Assembly: GCA_046563655.1 (NCBI GenBank)
Contig: CM102286.1
Span: 11,160,001-11,224,000, forward strand
Reading direction: 5' to 3'
Length of the DNA stretch: 64,000 nucleotides
Source of the DNA: Yuukianura sp. NJ FZ-2021
Taxonomy: Eukaryota
The notes beneath the pieces are model-generated. The model was not told the DNA's origin and did no database searches. It saw only the letters and a program-made list of their open reading frames with translations. Shown in pieces: positions 45,401-60,400 of the stretch (position 1 is its first letter; each line of letters starts with the position of its first letter). Made by a program: the position numbers and the translations under genes.

Positions 45401-48400
45401 TTGAAGAAATTTGAAAAACACAATAATTTTGAATGTGGGGGAGACTTTAATGGAAGCTGTCAAGTGAAGTTCCGGACATGTGGCTAAAATGAAACAATGT
45501 CTTACTTATGTAAAATATGAGTCCCCAGTACCCCTGCTGTTGCCGTGGACTTAAAAAACGAGAGCGTCCCAGGGGTTCTAGAAACTCCAGAGAGACACAC
45601 TAATGCCCATTACATTTCCAATGGTTTTCTCCGTATGTGATGTCAATTGTGTCTAGAAGGTCGGCAAATACACTTTCAATATTTTCTCAAATTTTATTGG
45701 CTAGATTATTAGCTATTACAAACAATGTTGGAAAACTCCAATAATTTAACTATCCACACTTTTGAACTAATTTTTGTAGCATTGAGGTAAATATTAACAA
45801 AGTTATGGCAAAAGTTTGACTTTTGAGTTTTGTCTTAACTAACAGTTTCTGAACAACATTTGTAACTTGATAAGCTTATAGTGTTGTTTTCAATTTGCAC
45901 AAAATTTTATGGTTTACCAACAACAGTTTTTGCAATTACTGTCCCAATTTATGTAAAAATAACACTTTGTTTTATCTTCATATGTTGACACGCTCACTTG
46001 TCTCCAGAAATCATATTCGAAAAGTGTTCGTGGGTTGTAGTTCGTCTAGCAGATTTTCCTTTTGTTCTCACAGTGGCACATGGAACTGCATATGGAGCTA
46101 CTTTTTTTCTTTCTGCTGAGTGCGTCTCATGCTGTGTCATAAGTAAGAATGCTTTTAGATTTGAGCATAACTTATATTTTCATTCTGAAGACTTTGAAAA
46201 TGAAAAGAAAGAAGTGCTGGGAGGAGTCGTTCTTTCCAGATGCATTTCCTCCCTTTTCTTCCTATTCTTCCCTTCACAAATGCCTCCACAGTAGGAAAGC
46301 AATAAGTAAGTCCAGGAGTCGATCCCTAATCCGGAAAATGTGCTTCTTCTAAATGAATGAATTTCTTGCTTTCCTTACGCCATAAATCTTATTTCAGCCA
46401 AAGTACTGCGTTCTGCTTTACAAAATAAAACTCAGTTTTTATTTACAAGGGTGCTCTAATTGGATTCTGTATGATTTCACAACGGTTTGGCACCCTTAAC
46501 ACTTTGTATCGCTCTAAAATAAACTTTTAACGTTTATCTTCCTGTTGCACAATCTGGCACCAGAATTTACGCTGAACCTAGGTCACGCATTTTAACAAAT
46601 GACATGAATTCATTTGAAGTAGAGGAGTTCTGTGCATTTTGAAAAAGTTTTGACAGTGTAAGACAAAATAGGTTCGAAAAATTTGTGAAGTGACTTTGTG
46701 AGGTTGACGACTCAACTTAACGTCAGAAAGGTCGAGAGGGAGCGACAGGAAACAGAAGTCATTTTGTTCCGACTCCCTCGTGGGGTCAGAACTGTTGGTT
46801 CCGCTTCGATATTGGTCTCAAGTCCATCGGATTGAAAGGAGGGAGGACAGAAAGTGGACTTTAGATTTTCTTCCAGAAATTCTGGAAGGAACAATGGAGA
46901 AAGCAGTAAGGGAGACCAAACGTCTGATTTATGATGATGTGATTCTGTTCTTCCTACTGTCCCCATCACTCCTTTTCTCCAGCAACGAACCCCTCATATC
47001 CCAATTCCGATTCCATGTGAATTGGTCAGAATAATTTGGTCAAAAGTGAAATGATCAGAGGTGAAAAGATCAGAAGTGAAAAGGTCAAAAAGTGAAAAGA
47101 TCAGAATTGAAATGGTCAGAATGTCAAATGATCAGAAGCCGAAAAGATCAGAAAGTGAAAAGGTCAGAAAGTGAAAAGATCAAAAATGAAATGATCAGAA
47201 TACAGTAAAAGGTCAAAAGTAAACCTCCAAATGTAATCAGTATAGTCATGTAACGTAGCCCCACCTAATTAAAACAAAAACCTATAAACGTAATCACTAT
47301 TGTCGAGTTATAAAAACCTAACAACGCGCCTTCGGCGCGGGAAAATAAAAGTCCCCGAGTCGAAGATGTCCACAAGTGACCGACGGTAAGAATATCGGAC
47401 AACTATTGACCGTCCATAACTGACTGGTTATGTGAAGAACCTATGCCATAATTTCTGACCTTATTGTATTCTGATCATTTCATTTTTGACCTTTTCACTT
47501 TCTGATCTTTTCGGCTTCTGATCATTTGACATTCTGACCATTTCAATTCTGATCTTTTCACTTTTTGACCTTTTCACTTCTGACCTTTTCACCTCTGATC
47601 ATTTCACTTTTGACCAAATTATTCTGACCAATTCACCTGCTACGCCCAATTCCAATGCAAAGTCCATACCTTCCCCTCTGCATTCGCTAGTATTTTTTCC
47701 TTAGCTGGAAGAAAGCTTGGGCTACTGGAGGAGAGTGCATAAGGCGGAAAAATCCTTTTGAAGATTTTTGTCTAATTCAAAATACCCTCCTTTTTTCCCC
47801 TCTGCACATGAACAACTTGTTTTCTTTTTGAATTTTTAATAGACGCAATGCGTCAGAGATGCGTTAGGACTTTCCTTCCTCTTCCAAGAAAGCGTTTTTT
47901 TTCTGAAACGTACATACATAAAGCTATAATTTTAGCTTTTGTAGCTAAAATTTTTATAATTTTTCTTGTTTCATGCTTCACCTCTTCTGTAGAATGTAAT
48001 CCAATATAAGAAATTCATGTGAACTTTAAATTCAAAACCAAACCGGAATTCGCTTAGTTCGCCAGAGATCTTAATATTCATTGAGCAACGTAATTTTGTT
48101 TCTAACTTAAAGTTCACAATTACTAGCTTTAAAATCAAGTCGTCAAAAGTGCGTTTTGTAAGTTTGAATAAGATTGAACGTAGTATTTGGCGTGTTGTAA
48201 TTTGTATGCACAGGTTAGGTTAATTCAGCAGCCATATCACCGAAAAATCAATTTTGGAGTGAAAGTGCTGCCAAAACAGGTCGCTTGATCCTCCCGTTTA
48301 ATACGTGTAATAAGCGTGAATTGGTTGGGCTAAATACCATGGAGAGGAAGCATTAAAGCCTAATTTTATTATTCACCTTTGTCAGCATTTTACTTTCTAC

Positions 48401-51400
48401 AGAACGTGTCAAAAGAAAAGGTGAAAAAGGAGGGACACAAGATAAGGGAGAAAATAAAAGCTGAGTTCAACACTATTGGCTTTGCAGCTCAACCCGCGTG
48501 GCTTCATTTGTGCAACGACGACACTGAACAGGCTGTAGTTGAGACTACAGAAGGTGCTTGTGTGCGTTTGGTGGTGCGTGCCTAGAAGAAATTATTATTG
48601 AAAATTGGAAAATTTGGAGTTGAACCATGAGGCTTGTAATGGACTTGGACTACGTTGAAAAGTCTAGGCGGTGAAAGGAGAAAGTCCGTGTGTGCCCTTC
48701 TAGCCTGAACTGTGCCCCTTCCGTGTGATCCGTGGGAGAGGGATGAATGTGATTGTGTGACGTGTTAGTTGCATGGAAAAGCAGATGAATGGCCCTCTAA
48801 TTTTATTCCCTTTCTCCGCTTTCTAAGACCCATTAAAGACGTCTTGTCTCTGAGGCAACATAATATATTACGGAGGAGCACCAAACCGAACAGTAGGCAA
48901 TTTGTACCTTATTGAATAATGGAAACATTTCTTTTCTGCCCTTTGTCATCCCACCGAAAGCGAACTTTCTTCTGCCTTTTTAAATAATTAGCGCCAACTT
49001 TTTTTTAAACTTTTCGAAAGTAGACCAGGAACACACAGGAACATGGTTCGATTACTCGCACGTCATTTGAACCCATGTTGGTATTGACACCAGCTGAGGG
49101 AGTTGACATATCCTGCATTGTGGTTTCACAAACAAAAAAGTTGTCGGTAATTTGAAGCCAAACACGGCGCTAATCTGGAAAATTCAAGGAAAAACTTTTT
49201 GAAGACTCCACTCTGACAAGATTTCAAAATTTTATCATTCAACCACTTTTCAAAATCACACATGCCAGAAGTAGGCACGATTTGCCTACTACTTTGCTGA
49301 TTTCGGATTTTGTTGAAATTTGACATGCGACCACGAAATGACCCGAAATGATGTTCAATATAGCAATTTTTCTTTCTTAGTTGTATTGTATTAGTAGTTG
49401 TTGCAACAGTGTCATTTAGCTGAGATGTTCAAAAAGTTCAAAATTTTGACATTTTTGTTGCTGAGAACTCGCGTTTTTTGAGTTTTACGGTGGCCCTATG
49501 GTGAATATTTGATCTATTACGCCGTCTATAATTAAACCTTACAATTAGCTTCCCAAAAAATCGTCAAAGCGGGTATCTGTAAAACTTGAAACAAAAGCGT
49601 GTTATTCGCCATAAGAATTTCAAATTTTTTGACTTTTGCACATCTCTGCTAAATCACATCATTTCATATCGCATCAAATTTCATCAAAATTTGAAATAAC
49701 CAAGTCGTAAGCTACTCTTGGTTAGTTCGCATGTAAGTATTGTCCTCATCAAAAGTGCGGAAACAACGAAGAAAAATGACTTATTTAGTTTCACATTTTT
49801 GTTTCATATTATTGACAAAAGCGTCATTCCGACAAGTTGTAAAACAAAACACAATCCCAGGGAGAGAGGCGCCAAAAAGCAGGCTTGGCTAATTTGATGT
49901 TGTTGTTGAAAGACTACCACTGGGAAAGTGCTAACGAATTTTTAATTGTTGTTGGTATAAAGTGCTAAATGAATTATTAATAACTTCTTTCATCTGCCCT
50001 GCATAAGTTATTCAGGCTCAAGGCTCCAGGAAGAGCACGTCTTGTGTCCAAAACAACCTCCAAACTCATTTTGCATAAGTTAACGCCGCACTATTTTGCG
50101 TATACCAAGAACTCCATTTTAATTGTGGCAAAAACTGAGCGGAGAAAGTTAACAACCTCATACCAAAAATGGTTGAAAAAATTAGGAATTAAATTAGGGC
50201 AAAAAAAACTAACATTATCATTCATGCATAGGGCTACAATTTCCTAACCATAGAGCAGAATTTAGCCTCCCTCAAGGAACTGTTTCAAATTCATTTTAAA
50301 AGTCTGAGTGGTTACATTTCCAAATTATTTATAAGAGTTAATCCAGGTTTTGGTTTCAAAAGAATGAGTGTTTTAGAAAGTGTCTAGAAACAAATTGACT
50401 CTCTCATCTCCTTAGTCTCTGAACCGTGAAAAAAGACAGTTTTAGCAGATTTCACTTTCTCTCTGTTCTCCAACATCTTGACGGAATTACGATGGAATTG
50501 GTGAACATATTGGAAGCCTTTTCCAAATCTCCCTCATTCAGTCCTCGAGAACCGCTGTTCACCCACACGTGGAGTCAAAGTCTTTCTTCGAGGCATAAAT
50601 TATACATAGGATTTATACGTTAGAAACCACTCCGGTGTCAACACTCCCAACCAATACTGCCTCCAAGCCAACCTTTACACCCAACCGCCAGAATGGAAAC
50701 TTTGACACTTTCATTTCAACCTCAGAAGACATTATTCCTTTAATTTCTACCAAATCCGAAACCACCAAACTACCACTCATAACTACTTTTCACTTGTGAG
50801 GACTCTGGAGCACAAATCCCTTTGACTTTCTCTGTTTCCTTGGATTGGAAAGTGGGAAATTGCTAAAGTGAAAAGTTTGGAGGAAAAAAAATTGTTTTAT
50901 AAAAGGTTGTTGCAACGGAGGGGGCCACAGCCAAGGAGAAAATTCAATTTCAATCTTTGTCTTTTAATCTGCCATTTTCCTTCGAACGTCCTCGTATGCA
51001 CCACAGGGTGGTAATATGACTTTCGGTTTTCCATTTTGAAAAAAAAAGCAAACAAATCAAAAAATGTTTCGATTTGTTTTCCATTCCACTTTTTGAAATA
51101 TGTTGAACGTCTAAATACAGCCCCAGTGTGGCTTACTTGTAATGTTTTTGAAGCTCGAGTACTACTAAAAAGTATTTAAAAAGTTTCTTCTTCTTCTTCA
51201 CTGGAAGTTTTTTTGTAGTTGAAAACTGCCAAACCCTGAAGAAACTGGTTTGTTGTTGCAAAGGTTCCTGGAAAACAAAAGTTAATTTTCTTCAACAGGT
51301 TGAGTACTATCTCGCTTGTTGACAAAAAAATGAAAAACACACAACTGGTACCAATATTGGAAGGAATCCCAAAAATGGTACCAATTCGTATGTAAAATTT

Positions 51401-54400
51401 AGAAAAAAAAATTGGCTGTATAATGATGACTACGATGCCATAAAATCAAAAGTTGCTAAATCGACAAACTATGAGGTATTGCCCAACCTGTTAAAGAAAA
51501 TCAAAGTCAAAAAACCGTGGCTGTTGCAGTCTTACAAATCATGGTCACAAGACCTACACAAAGATGCGTCTTCACTGGGAGGCAGAGAAGACAAGGGCAT
51601 GTAAATAAACATATGAGCTACTTACTGAATGAAAAGGAAGATGACAGAAGAAGGGGGAAATGAGAAAGCAGGGGAAAGGAGGAAGCGGGAGCCCGAGGGA
51701 GTCATTTTGAAGGTTCTCATTATGAAGATGCGTCACAAATGAAAATACAGTTTCGTATTGACTCCACAATTTTGCAATAAGAAATGGCAAGATGGTGAGG
51801 TTACTAAAGAAAAAGTAGGGATACTCTCAACAAGGCTAATTTCTGTTGCAAGGAATTTATTTTTATAAAACTAGTTTTCAAGAAGAATTTGGCGAGTTTT
51901 GTCTAAACTGGTAAAGTTAAGGTTATGTGATTGTTTCTAACTCACGAAACCACAGCTTTTGAAAGAAAAGTAAAAGTAAGCCAAGAAACTACACAACTAA
52001 ACATAATTACATGTTTCCCTGCGTATGGTGGAGCCACTTCCTGCAATTTCTGCCCATCTTTTCCCACATTATTAAATAGGAACAACAGCCAGGGAAAGTT
52101 CAAACTTCCTCTTTCCCTTTCTTACCAACTTTGCTCATGCATGAAGAAAATTGGTTGAAAATTCTTTCCTTTGTGCCTTGTTTCGTCGCATTTTGAGACT
52201 TGGGCTTCATGTGGGTGAATCACTTTCACCCGCATTTTCTTCCTCCTCCTCCAAAATCCTGACTCTTCCAAATCATTTCCCAAAACAGCACTTTGGTTTT
52301 GTTAACTTAATTGTTACCAGCATCAATGTATATTTTATGTTGATACGCTTCGCATATGCTAAAAAAACTGAAACAAAATTGAAAAGAAAATCAAAATCCA
52401 AAATTTACTCCTGATTATACGTATTTTGTGTACAGAAAGTATTATCATAATCTATAGTCGGGCTATTTTCAAGATCCGCAAGTTTTCTGTGGTTGGGAAA
52501 AAATACAACTCTCACTTCATGGGTTCCACTCAATTCCACTTTGGGCACCTCAATGAGTATTCTCATTGATCTGCCCATACAAGCCAGCGCGCGAAGGGTG
52601 GAATCCATGAAGTGAGAGTTGTATTTTTTCCAAACCACAGAAAACTTCGGATCTTGAAAATAGCCCGACTTTAATAGCTGCTAAATCTGAAACTGAAACG
52701 CGGGTAAATTTTGGAAAAAAATGTTTTCGCACTTAACTACCAAATCTGCGTTTCTTCAAAGGATTACAGAGTGTGAAGTCGACGATTGAGGAGCTGAAAT
52801 GGAGAAAGTTGCTTCTTTAATTAAATACGTCCTTCTTTCAAGCTTTCTCCAAAGTCAAACAACGGACTTTATCTTTAAAGAACTGAACTTAATTTGAGTA
52901 CTTTTGCTTTCCCTGTGAACCAACGTGATTCTAACGCAAAAAGATAAAAGACAAATCCATTTTCCCAAAAACAACATAAGAGTTGAAGGTTAGATTGAAC
53001 TTTTTTTGGCGCTTATAAGCATTAAAGTGTAGGACTTGCACTGAGGGTTGTTGTAAACACTTCTATTACCAAGATTCAATGGGAAAGTGGCACGAAGTTG
53101 GTGAAAGTCAAAAGAAAGTAGTCATATCATAGGTCTACCAGCATCTGCTTCAGTTCACCCTCCGCACCCCGTTATTCCCCAAAAAACTTTATTCCGCTCC
53201 ATTCCAATCTTTGAATTTTGAAATCTTTTGAAGAGTTTTGAATAGGCGGAGAGGGGGAAGGAAGACTTCCAGATATTGAAACAAAAAGAAAGTTTGGGCA
53301 TAGCCTTTTGTCATATATGGTTCAAAAGAAATCTGTGATGGCGGGAGTCAGTGAAATTGAGAAAGTGGAAAATTCAACTTCAATGCTTCAAGTGTCCCAG
53401 TTGGCCATTTCCGTTATATTTCTTCCTTCCTACACTTTGTCTTCTATCCGTTGATGGGTTTTACTCGGCTGGAAATCATGCATATGACCATTACAACCAC
53501 ACACTCAAAAAACTTGAACAATCGACGCTTTCCAAAGTCAATTTCATCACTCTACATTTGAAATGCTTTCTCTTTTTTGGAAAACTCAATTGGGGATAAT
53601 AAGCCTCTTCACTTGATCTCATTTCCAAACGGCTTAAGCTCGTAATGAAAATGAAAATTATGAAAATGAAAGGTTCTTATAAAAATGTTCAAAAACTGTA
53701 AAATGTTGCTATCCCTTCAGAAGCCGACACAGAGACGCATTAATCATTTTACTTGAAGTTGTTAATCTTATTAAGCTGTCTATACTGTTTCTCAAAAGAT
53801 GAGATAAATTATGGACTAAAAATTTTTTAAAGTAAAATAAGTAGCTTTATGACACATTTTGAGTTTGTTACGGAAGTTTGACTGCAAGTTACAGCAGGAC
53901 GGATAAGTTTACTTGAAACAGTGCAATTGACAGGCACTTTTGGAATGAAAGGTCATTAAGAAAGTCAGTGTTCCATGTCACTTTGCCGACTTCCAATGGG
54001 ATTAGAACCTTTTAGATTGGATCTGACTTTACAAAAGTTGAACTGAACGATGAGAGATTGAAAAGTTTCTTAAAAGTGGATTAAACTATCCATGCCTTCC
54101 ATTCACAACTTTGTCAAAATTATTCAGTGAACTGATGTTGTTTGAATCCACGGGGGAAAATGAATGCCTGAGAACTGATTGGCGTGTAAAGGCAAATATT
54201 GTTTGTGCGTTTGAGAAGCCTATGCTTTCTTAGAGAATGTTCGTAATCCGTTGATCCCTTCATAACAAAGTGGATGACGTTGACAAGACATTGAGACAAA
54301 GTGGCTTGTCTCCCTTTGGAGCTCCGGAAACGACTCCAGCTCCAATACGACTCCATGGATTTTCAAACATTCACTTTTTTCCCTCCACCTTCCAAGTCCA

Positions 54401-57400
54401 CATTTGTCATGTCGCGACGTAGTCAACTTGGCAGAGAGGACTCACGCTTCCTGAATTTATGATGCTTTTGTCTTACAACTCCCGTTTTCTTTTGACTCAA
54501 CAACCAATGCGACAAATTATAATTCTGAATTATGGCATGATTTCATAACCTCCAAAATCCTATTTCAGGATTATAAAACGAATTAGAGCGATGGATGATG
54601 GAAACTCATAAATTTTGCAGAGCCTTGTCCAACAAAAAGACGTTTTTTTAAAACAACGTTTCATGTATTGTCTATGTACATTTCAAATTGTGGTTCTTAA
54701 ACTTATGCATAACCAGTTTCAATGTTTCCAAGAAATTTCGCATTAACATTTTTTCATGTGCTGAAAAATGGCGCCAATTGTGTGCAAATTGTATTTCCAT
54801 AATCTGAGTTGGATTTCAAAAAAAGTTCTTTACTTGGTTAATAGACGGTGTAAAGATTGTGTAACATGTTGTAGGATTTCCATGTTACGGAACTGCAGAA
54901 AGTGCAACCATGAAATTCTTGAAGGTTACGTTAGAAAAAGTTTGTTGAAAGTGACAAGTTATTTCAGCAAAGTTGTAGTGTGCAGTAAAAGAAGTTCCTA
55001 ATTTAGTCAAGTTCCCAGAAATTTATGAGCATGACAATCCCTGATTGTTCCACTTTGTTTCCCCACTTTCTCTGCTGCGGAGAGACTTTCTCAAAAACTG
55101 AAATTACGGAGAGAGGGAAATGGATTCGTGAATATTTGAAAAATGTGGTAATAAAAATTGCGTTCGCGAAGTAAATTGGTCTGCGAATGAGATGTTCTTT
55201 TCATTCCGTGTTCTCGTAGCCCATAAGACGGCTCGTCTGGAGTTGGGGTGAAAGTGGTGTGTGGATATTTAGTTTGGATCCTGTCTAATGTAATGTAAGT
55301 AAGTGTGTTCCATGCACACAGAGGAAAGATTACATACATGAATGAGGAACCAAGTTATTTTGGAGGGGCGGAGGGTAAGCTCCATGCCAAAGTTTACATC
55401 CATCCATTCCCAAGTACTCGCAAGCATTTCCAGCATTTCCAAGTGCACTTGGGAGGCATGAGCTGGAAGAGCAATGGGGTAGTTTGTAGGGACCAGACGA
55501 CCTGATATCGCGACATTTCTCTGAATAGAAATGACACTTTTAGCTACAACATGGGAACCCATTTTTCTCCACTTTATTACACGATTACGTTTCTACATGT
55601 CCATAACTTCCACCCTTATTTCCATTTCAAAAACAGCATTTTACATGCATTGAAAAACCCATTTTTAAAAAACCGCTTCGGTCGTAATCAAACTCCTAAC
55701 ACATTGACCCGCTCCCTGTCGATGTTAACCAAAAGCAAGCACCGGCATGAAGACTTTCCCTTGCAATTTTGATGTACGATCTCAAAACATGTTTCCTGTG
55801 TATAGCAGTAAAGGCAAGGTCATGACCTTTGGCATGTGTTTCAAAACTACTTCATAAGAAGTTGAAAAAAAAAGACTGAAAACTGAAAAAAAAATACAAA
55901 ATTAGAATCTTGAAACTGGAAAAAATTGAAAAATTCTTGTAGTTATAGGAAGATAGAGCAGGGGTGTATTTCACCACTTTTCATTTTGCACTTTTTTCTC
56001 CTCAATTTTCATGTTTTCGAGAAAATTGAGGAGTGGAGTGTTTCACCATAACAACGTTGCAAAGTGAAAATTGCAAATTGGGGATTGAAAACTGAAAAAA
56101 AAATACAAAATTAGAATCTTGAAACTGGAAAAAATTGAAAAATTCTTGTAGTTATAGGAAGATAGAGCAGGAATTCTGGTGAAATTTCAGCAATGACCTG
56201 CTAAATTCGGTCCATTCGATAGCTGAACTTGGAACTTATTTGCCGCCTGCTGTGACTGAACTCATACTTAAAGCAATTACCAGCTGCTCAAATCTCAACT
56301 TGGATTTTGGATTGCATGTTTCCAACTTCTGCGTCCATTTGGCACAGTTGAGAAAGTTGAGAAGTGGGAAAAGCTGAGGTGAACGTTAGCTGCCACCCCC
56401 ATGCTTCCAGGTCGTAGTGTCAGGCATTTGGAGGAAATGGGGAAAGTTTGTGAGAGAAAGTTGTTGATTTGAAGGCGGTTTGTGTGTTGTCTACTCTTGT
56501 CTTATTTTTATCTGACAGAATTTGGCATGGGTCAGGGTTAATTAAGACTGAGGTTGAGCTACACTGTGCCTATGTGCTTCGGTGACTTGACGTTGTTCCA
56601 TCAAAGGGAAGAGGGGGAACCGTGTGTAAGAACCAGAAGTAAGCCATTAAGCTCACAGTTGTTGGAAAAAGTAAAAGGAAAGCTTTCAACGACCAAATGA
56701 TTTCTCCGACTGGAAGTGCAGCTCCCACTTTGATTTCTTGATCTTTCTTCTTCTGTCTGCCAATTTCTTCTAGAATGCGGGACCACAAGTCCAATAGGAA
56801 GTAAATTAGTCCCACATTATTGACTTTACTGCTTTCACTTTCTCAACCAAAAAAAGAAGGTACTAGACGAAGACATCTCTGACAGAAAGTACGTTGTCTG
56901 TGGCCGGGAATTCCCAAGTAAATAAAAAAAAACCTCAAACTGAAACTCACAAAAAAGGTGAACAAATAAACAACAAGTTCATTCCTGGAAGAGTTTTTCT
57001 AATTAATAGAAGATGTTACGTTATAGATTTAATATCAATATGGGTTTCACCAACCTACAACTCTACTAATATATAATTTCTAGCTACAAATTGTTTTTCT
57101 ATCTTCGTTTTAAAAACTGCGCCCAAATTCAATGTTCTCAAAACTATGCTAGCTGAATGTTAATCGCAATCGTTATCAAGCGCATCGATTGAGCCAAAGA
57201 GGTGTTAAATTTTTCTAAGCTTGAGCACTATGTTAAAAACAAAACTGCAGTGACTTATACTGCACACTTATTGGTCTTTATGAAAACAAAATGGGCTAAT
57301 GTGTTTAAATTATCTCCTTGTTGTGTAAACATAACATAAATATCCTGACGCACCACCAGAATGGCTAATTTGAGCCATTTGGACCTGCTCCGAGGCAAGG

Positions 57401-60400
57401 CGCGCAAGGCGTTAAGTTAAATTTGAGCCGAATAAGGCGAAGGGTAAAAGCTATATTTTGTATTTGCCTTTTTGAGAAAGCGACCGAGAGACGCTGCCTG
57501 AATGCACAAGGAGGTTCCATTTTGAAGGGAATGTTAAATCTTCTTCAGAATATTGTAATGAATGACTGATCGGCCTACAGAATAGAGAAAGTTCAGAGAA
57601 TAAAAAAATAAGGAAAAGGGAAAGCCAATTCATAACTGTCAATGACAAAAGCATACGTCGTACTACACGTTGGAGATATTTTGCATAATGGTAATATCTC
57701 CTACTACACCAATAACTTATGCCGCTTCCATTTTCTTTTCAAATGAAATATTCCAGGACTGAAAAATAAAGTTGACACAGTTTGAATGCTCATCCTCATC
57801 GTTATGTATGCCAAATGTAGGAATTTTCTCTTCATATTTTGAATGTTATTACAATCCAATACAATTCAACTACAATTCCCACGCAAACTACATATAACTT
57901 GTACCGCGTACCAGGTTTTATACCCTAAACCAAAATGAATACAGGTACAAATTACATGAAAAATGTTAGAAAAATGATTTCCAATGATAAGTTTCGTGCG
58001 TAAAACTCGAGTTTTCGCACATTAAATGTAGAACTACATTGAATGTTGTATATTTTGGAGTCACCAGGTCCGGGAATTATAAAAGAACAAGATTAGTTTC
58101 CGTTTTAATTTTCTAAATGGAAGGTGTCTGCCTTCTTTCCGTCCTTCCACTCTATGGTTTTACTCTGTGTCGTTGTTATAAACGAGATCTGACGTCGCCA
58201 TGGTTTAAGCCTTGTGGCCATTTCAACACAAAACTCAAACTCTGAAGTCCTACCACCACTCATACTAGACACCACAAGTATAAAGTATAATTACCCCTTG
58301 AATCAACACTTCCATTCTTTCATCTCTTAACTAAGTTTGTGGCAACGATTTAACAAAGACAAGTAGAAAAAAAGTTTTCAGAAAGAAAGAAGATTTTTAG
58401 TCTAAGATTTCTAGATGTTTAGGTTGATTGTAGAGGAAACAAAGGGATTCAGCTTGATGTCAATTTCACAGCATCAACAAATACTGGAGATAGAAGTGGT
58501 AGGAAGTTTATAAGTAGCCGACCCTTGGCAGCACAGCCTTTGTTCAACTGTTCTTCATCCACTTTGAGCTGTCACAATCGATTACACTTTTCTACTTTCT
58601 CTACCAATTCGTTTTCTCCAGCACATTCGTAATTAAGCGCGAGAGAAGTTCCAAAGTCAGAGTTAGAATGAGACGTGTGATGCGCGTTAGATATAATTCT
58701 ACTTCTATTTTCAAAAATAAAAATAGGGTTTGTGTTGCGTAAAAGAGAGTTTAAGAGGGAAGTTACAACTCACTTTCACTTGTATCCATATCATCAATTA
58801 TTGACGTGGGAAAGTAGAAAGTGGTTCCATGCTTTATCAAATGCAACTCCAATGAATGGACATCAATCACCCCAAGTATTTACCTGTACTTTTCTTTCCC
58901 AGGTTCCACTAAACCTCTGATTTTCAATTCTATTGTTGTTACAGCCATGAACCAAGGACCTAAATTTGGAGAACCAATTCCTAATGTTACCGTGGCTGTT
59001 GGGAGGGACGCCTCACTGCCATGCGTTGTCGAGCACTTAGGAAATCATAAGGTAAGCAAACTTGTACTTTCGCTGTCAATTTTGTCAATTTTTATTGAAG
59101 GACCAGCCCCTGCAAATGGCGCCCATAGCAACCAACCCAATTTTTTGTTTGTGACGTCACCAGCTGAAAAATACCGTAATCGTGAAATTGGAACCCGCTG
59201 GCGTCTATGTAAACAAGATGTGTCTTACGGGTTTCTATAGGACACCCCAACAATTGGCAGAATTCCGGTATTTTCAGCGGGTGACGTCATCCACATGGCA
59301 ACCAAACAAACTTTCCATTCGCACTACCTAGTAGTATTTTATTTACCTTGTTGAAGGACTGTTTTGTTAGAATTTCAGAAAAAAAAGGAAGGATTTAGAG
59401 AAATCCATTAAAGCAAAATAGATTCTTAATTGAGCGTATTGCTGGAACGTATAAAATCATCGAGTGGGTAAATACAGTAGTAGAAAGTGGTAAATAGGTT
59501 TAAGGTTAGTGTTCAATATTTTTATGGTGAAGGGTAATGGGAAGTGAAATGGAAATCCTAGGATCTGGAAGACCCCAAGTGCATGGACTATTTGTTAGAT
59601 TTTATCGTCATTTTGGATAGGGTAGGGTGGATATGGATAGAGGTGCAGAGGAAGAATGAAGTGGCAGGAAATAAGAATCTGAACACCTTTTTAGAAAGCA
59701 AAGGGGGATTTAATGTAAGTGTGTGTAAGTGTAATGGAGAAAGTAAGAGTTCCTAGAGTGTCCTAATATTATTGGATCATGACGAGTGGAAAAGTGCACG
59801 TTTCCTCCAAAACCTATTCAACATCAAAAAGGCTCTCAAACGTTCTCCAGAGATATTTGGCGGGACCAAAAATTTCATAATTCACGTTATTTACAAGCTC
59901 CACCTTTTCAGAACTTAAAAAATTTTCGGATTCCTAATGTACGTTTTGAGCCTAACGAAAAACGAAGTTAATTGCTAAAATATATCAAGCTTAACTTTTT
60001 ATTCTGCATAAAAAGTATTCGCCAGAATAAAAATTGGGCTCGGAATTAATGTCTATGACACAAAAGAGTAAACGTTAAGCTTCAATAATTCTACATTCGA
60101 ATGGAGAACGTCCTCCGTGGATCTTTTTCTACGACGAATGACGGATGGAGTTGAGCATTAGTGTGGCAGTTAAGGAGTGGGAATTTAGGAAATGAAGAAG
60201 CGAGGGAGTAGAATGGGACGTGCTTGGCATATGCATCACTTCTCCACTTTCTACTGATGGCTCACTCTAGAAAAGGACTTTGGTTCTTTCTTTTTTTTTT
60301 ATTTTAAGAATCTAGAAGGATGATGAGCCTCAAGATGAGATGTAGTGATTAGTAAGTTATGCACCAACTTCCAACTTAATTGTCTTCAACAGGAAAAGGA

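Noticed and set aside
43000..58800. Numerous 60-100 aa ORFs in the large intron
   Set aside because: No recognisable domains, low-complexity AT-rich composition and no consistent splice structure.
59150..59290. Short inverted repeat GTGACGTCACCAGCTGAAAAATACCG in the Ig-gene intron
   Set aside because: Probably a decayed MITE; termini and TSD could not be defined.
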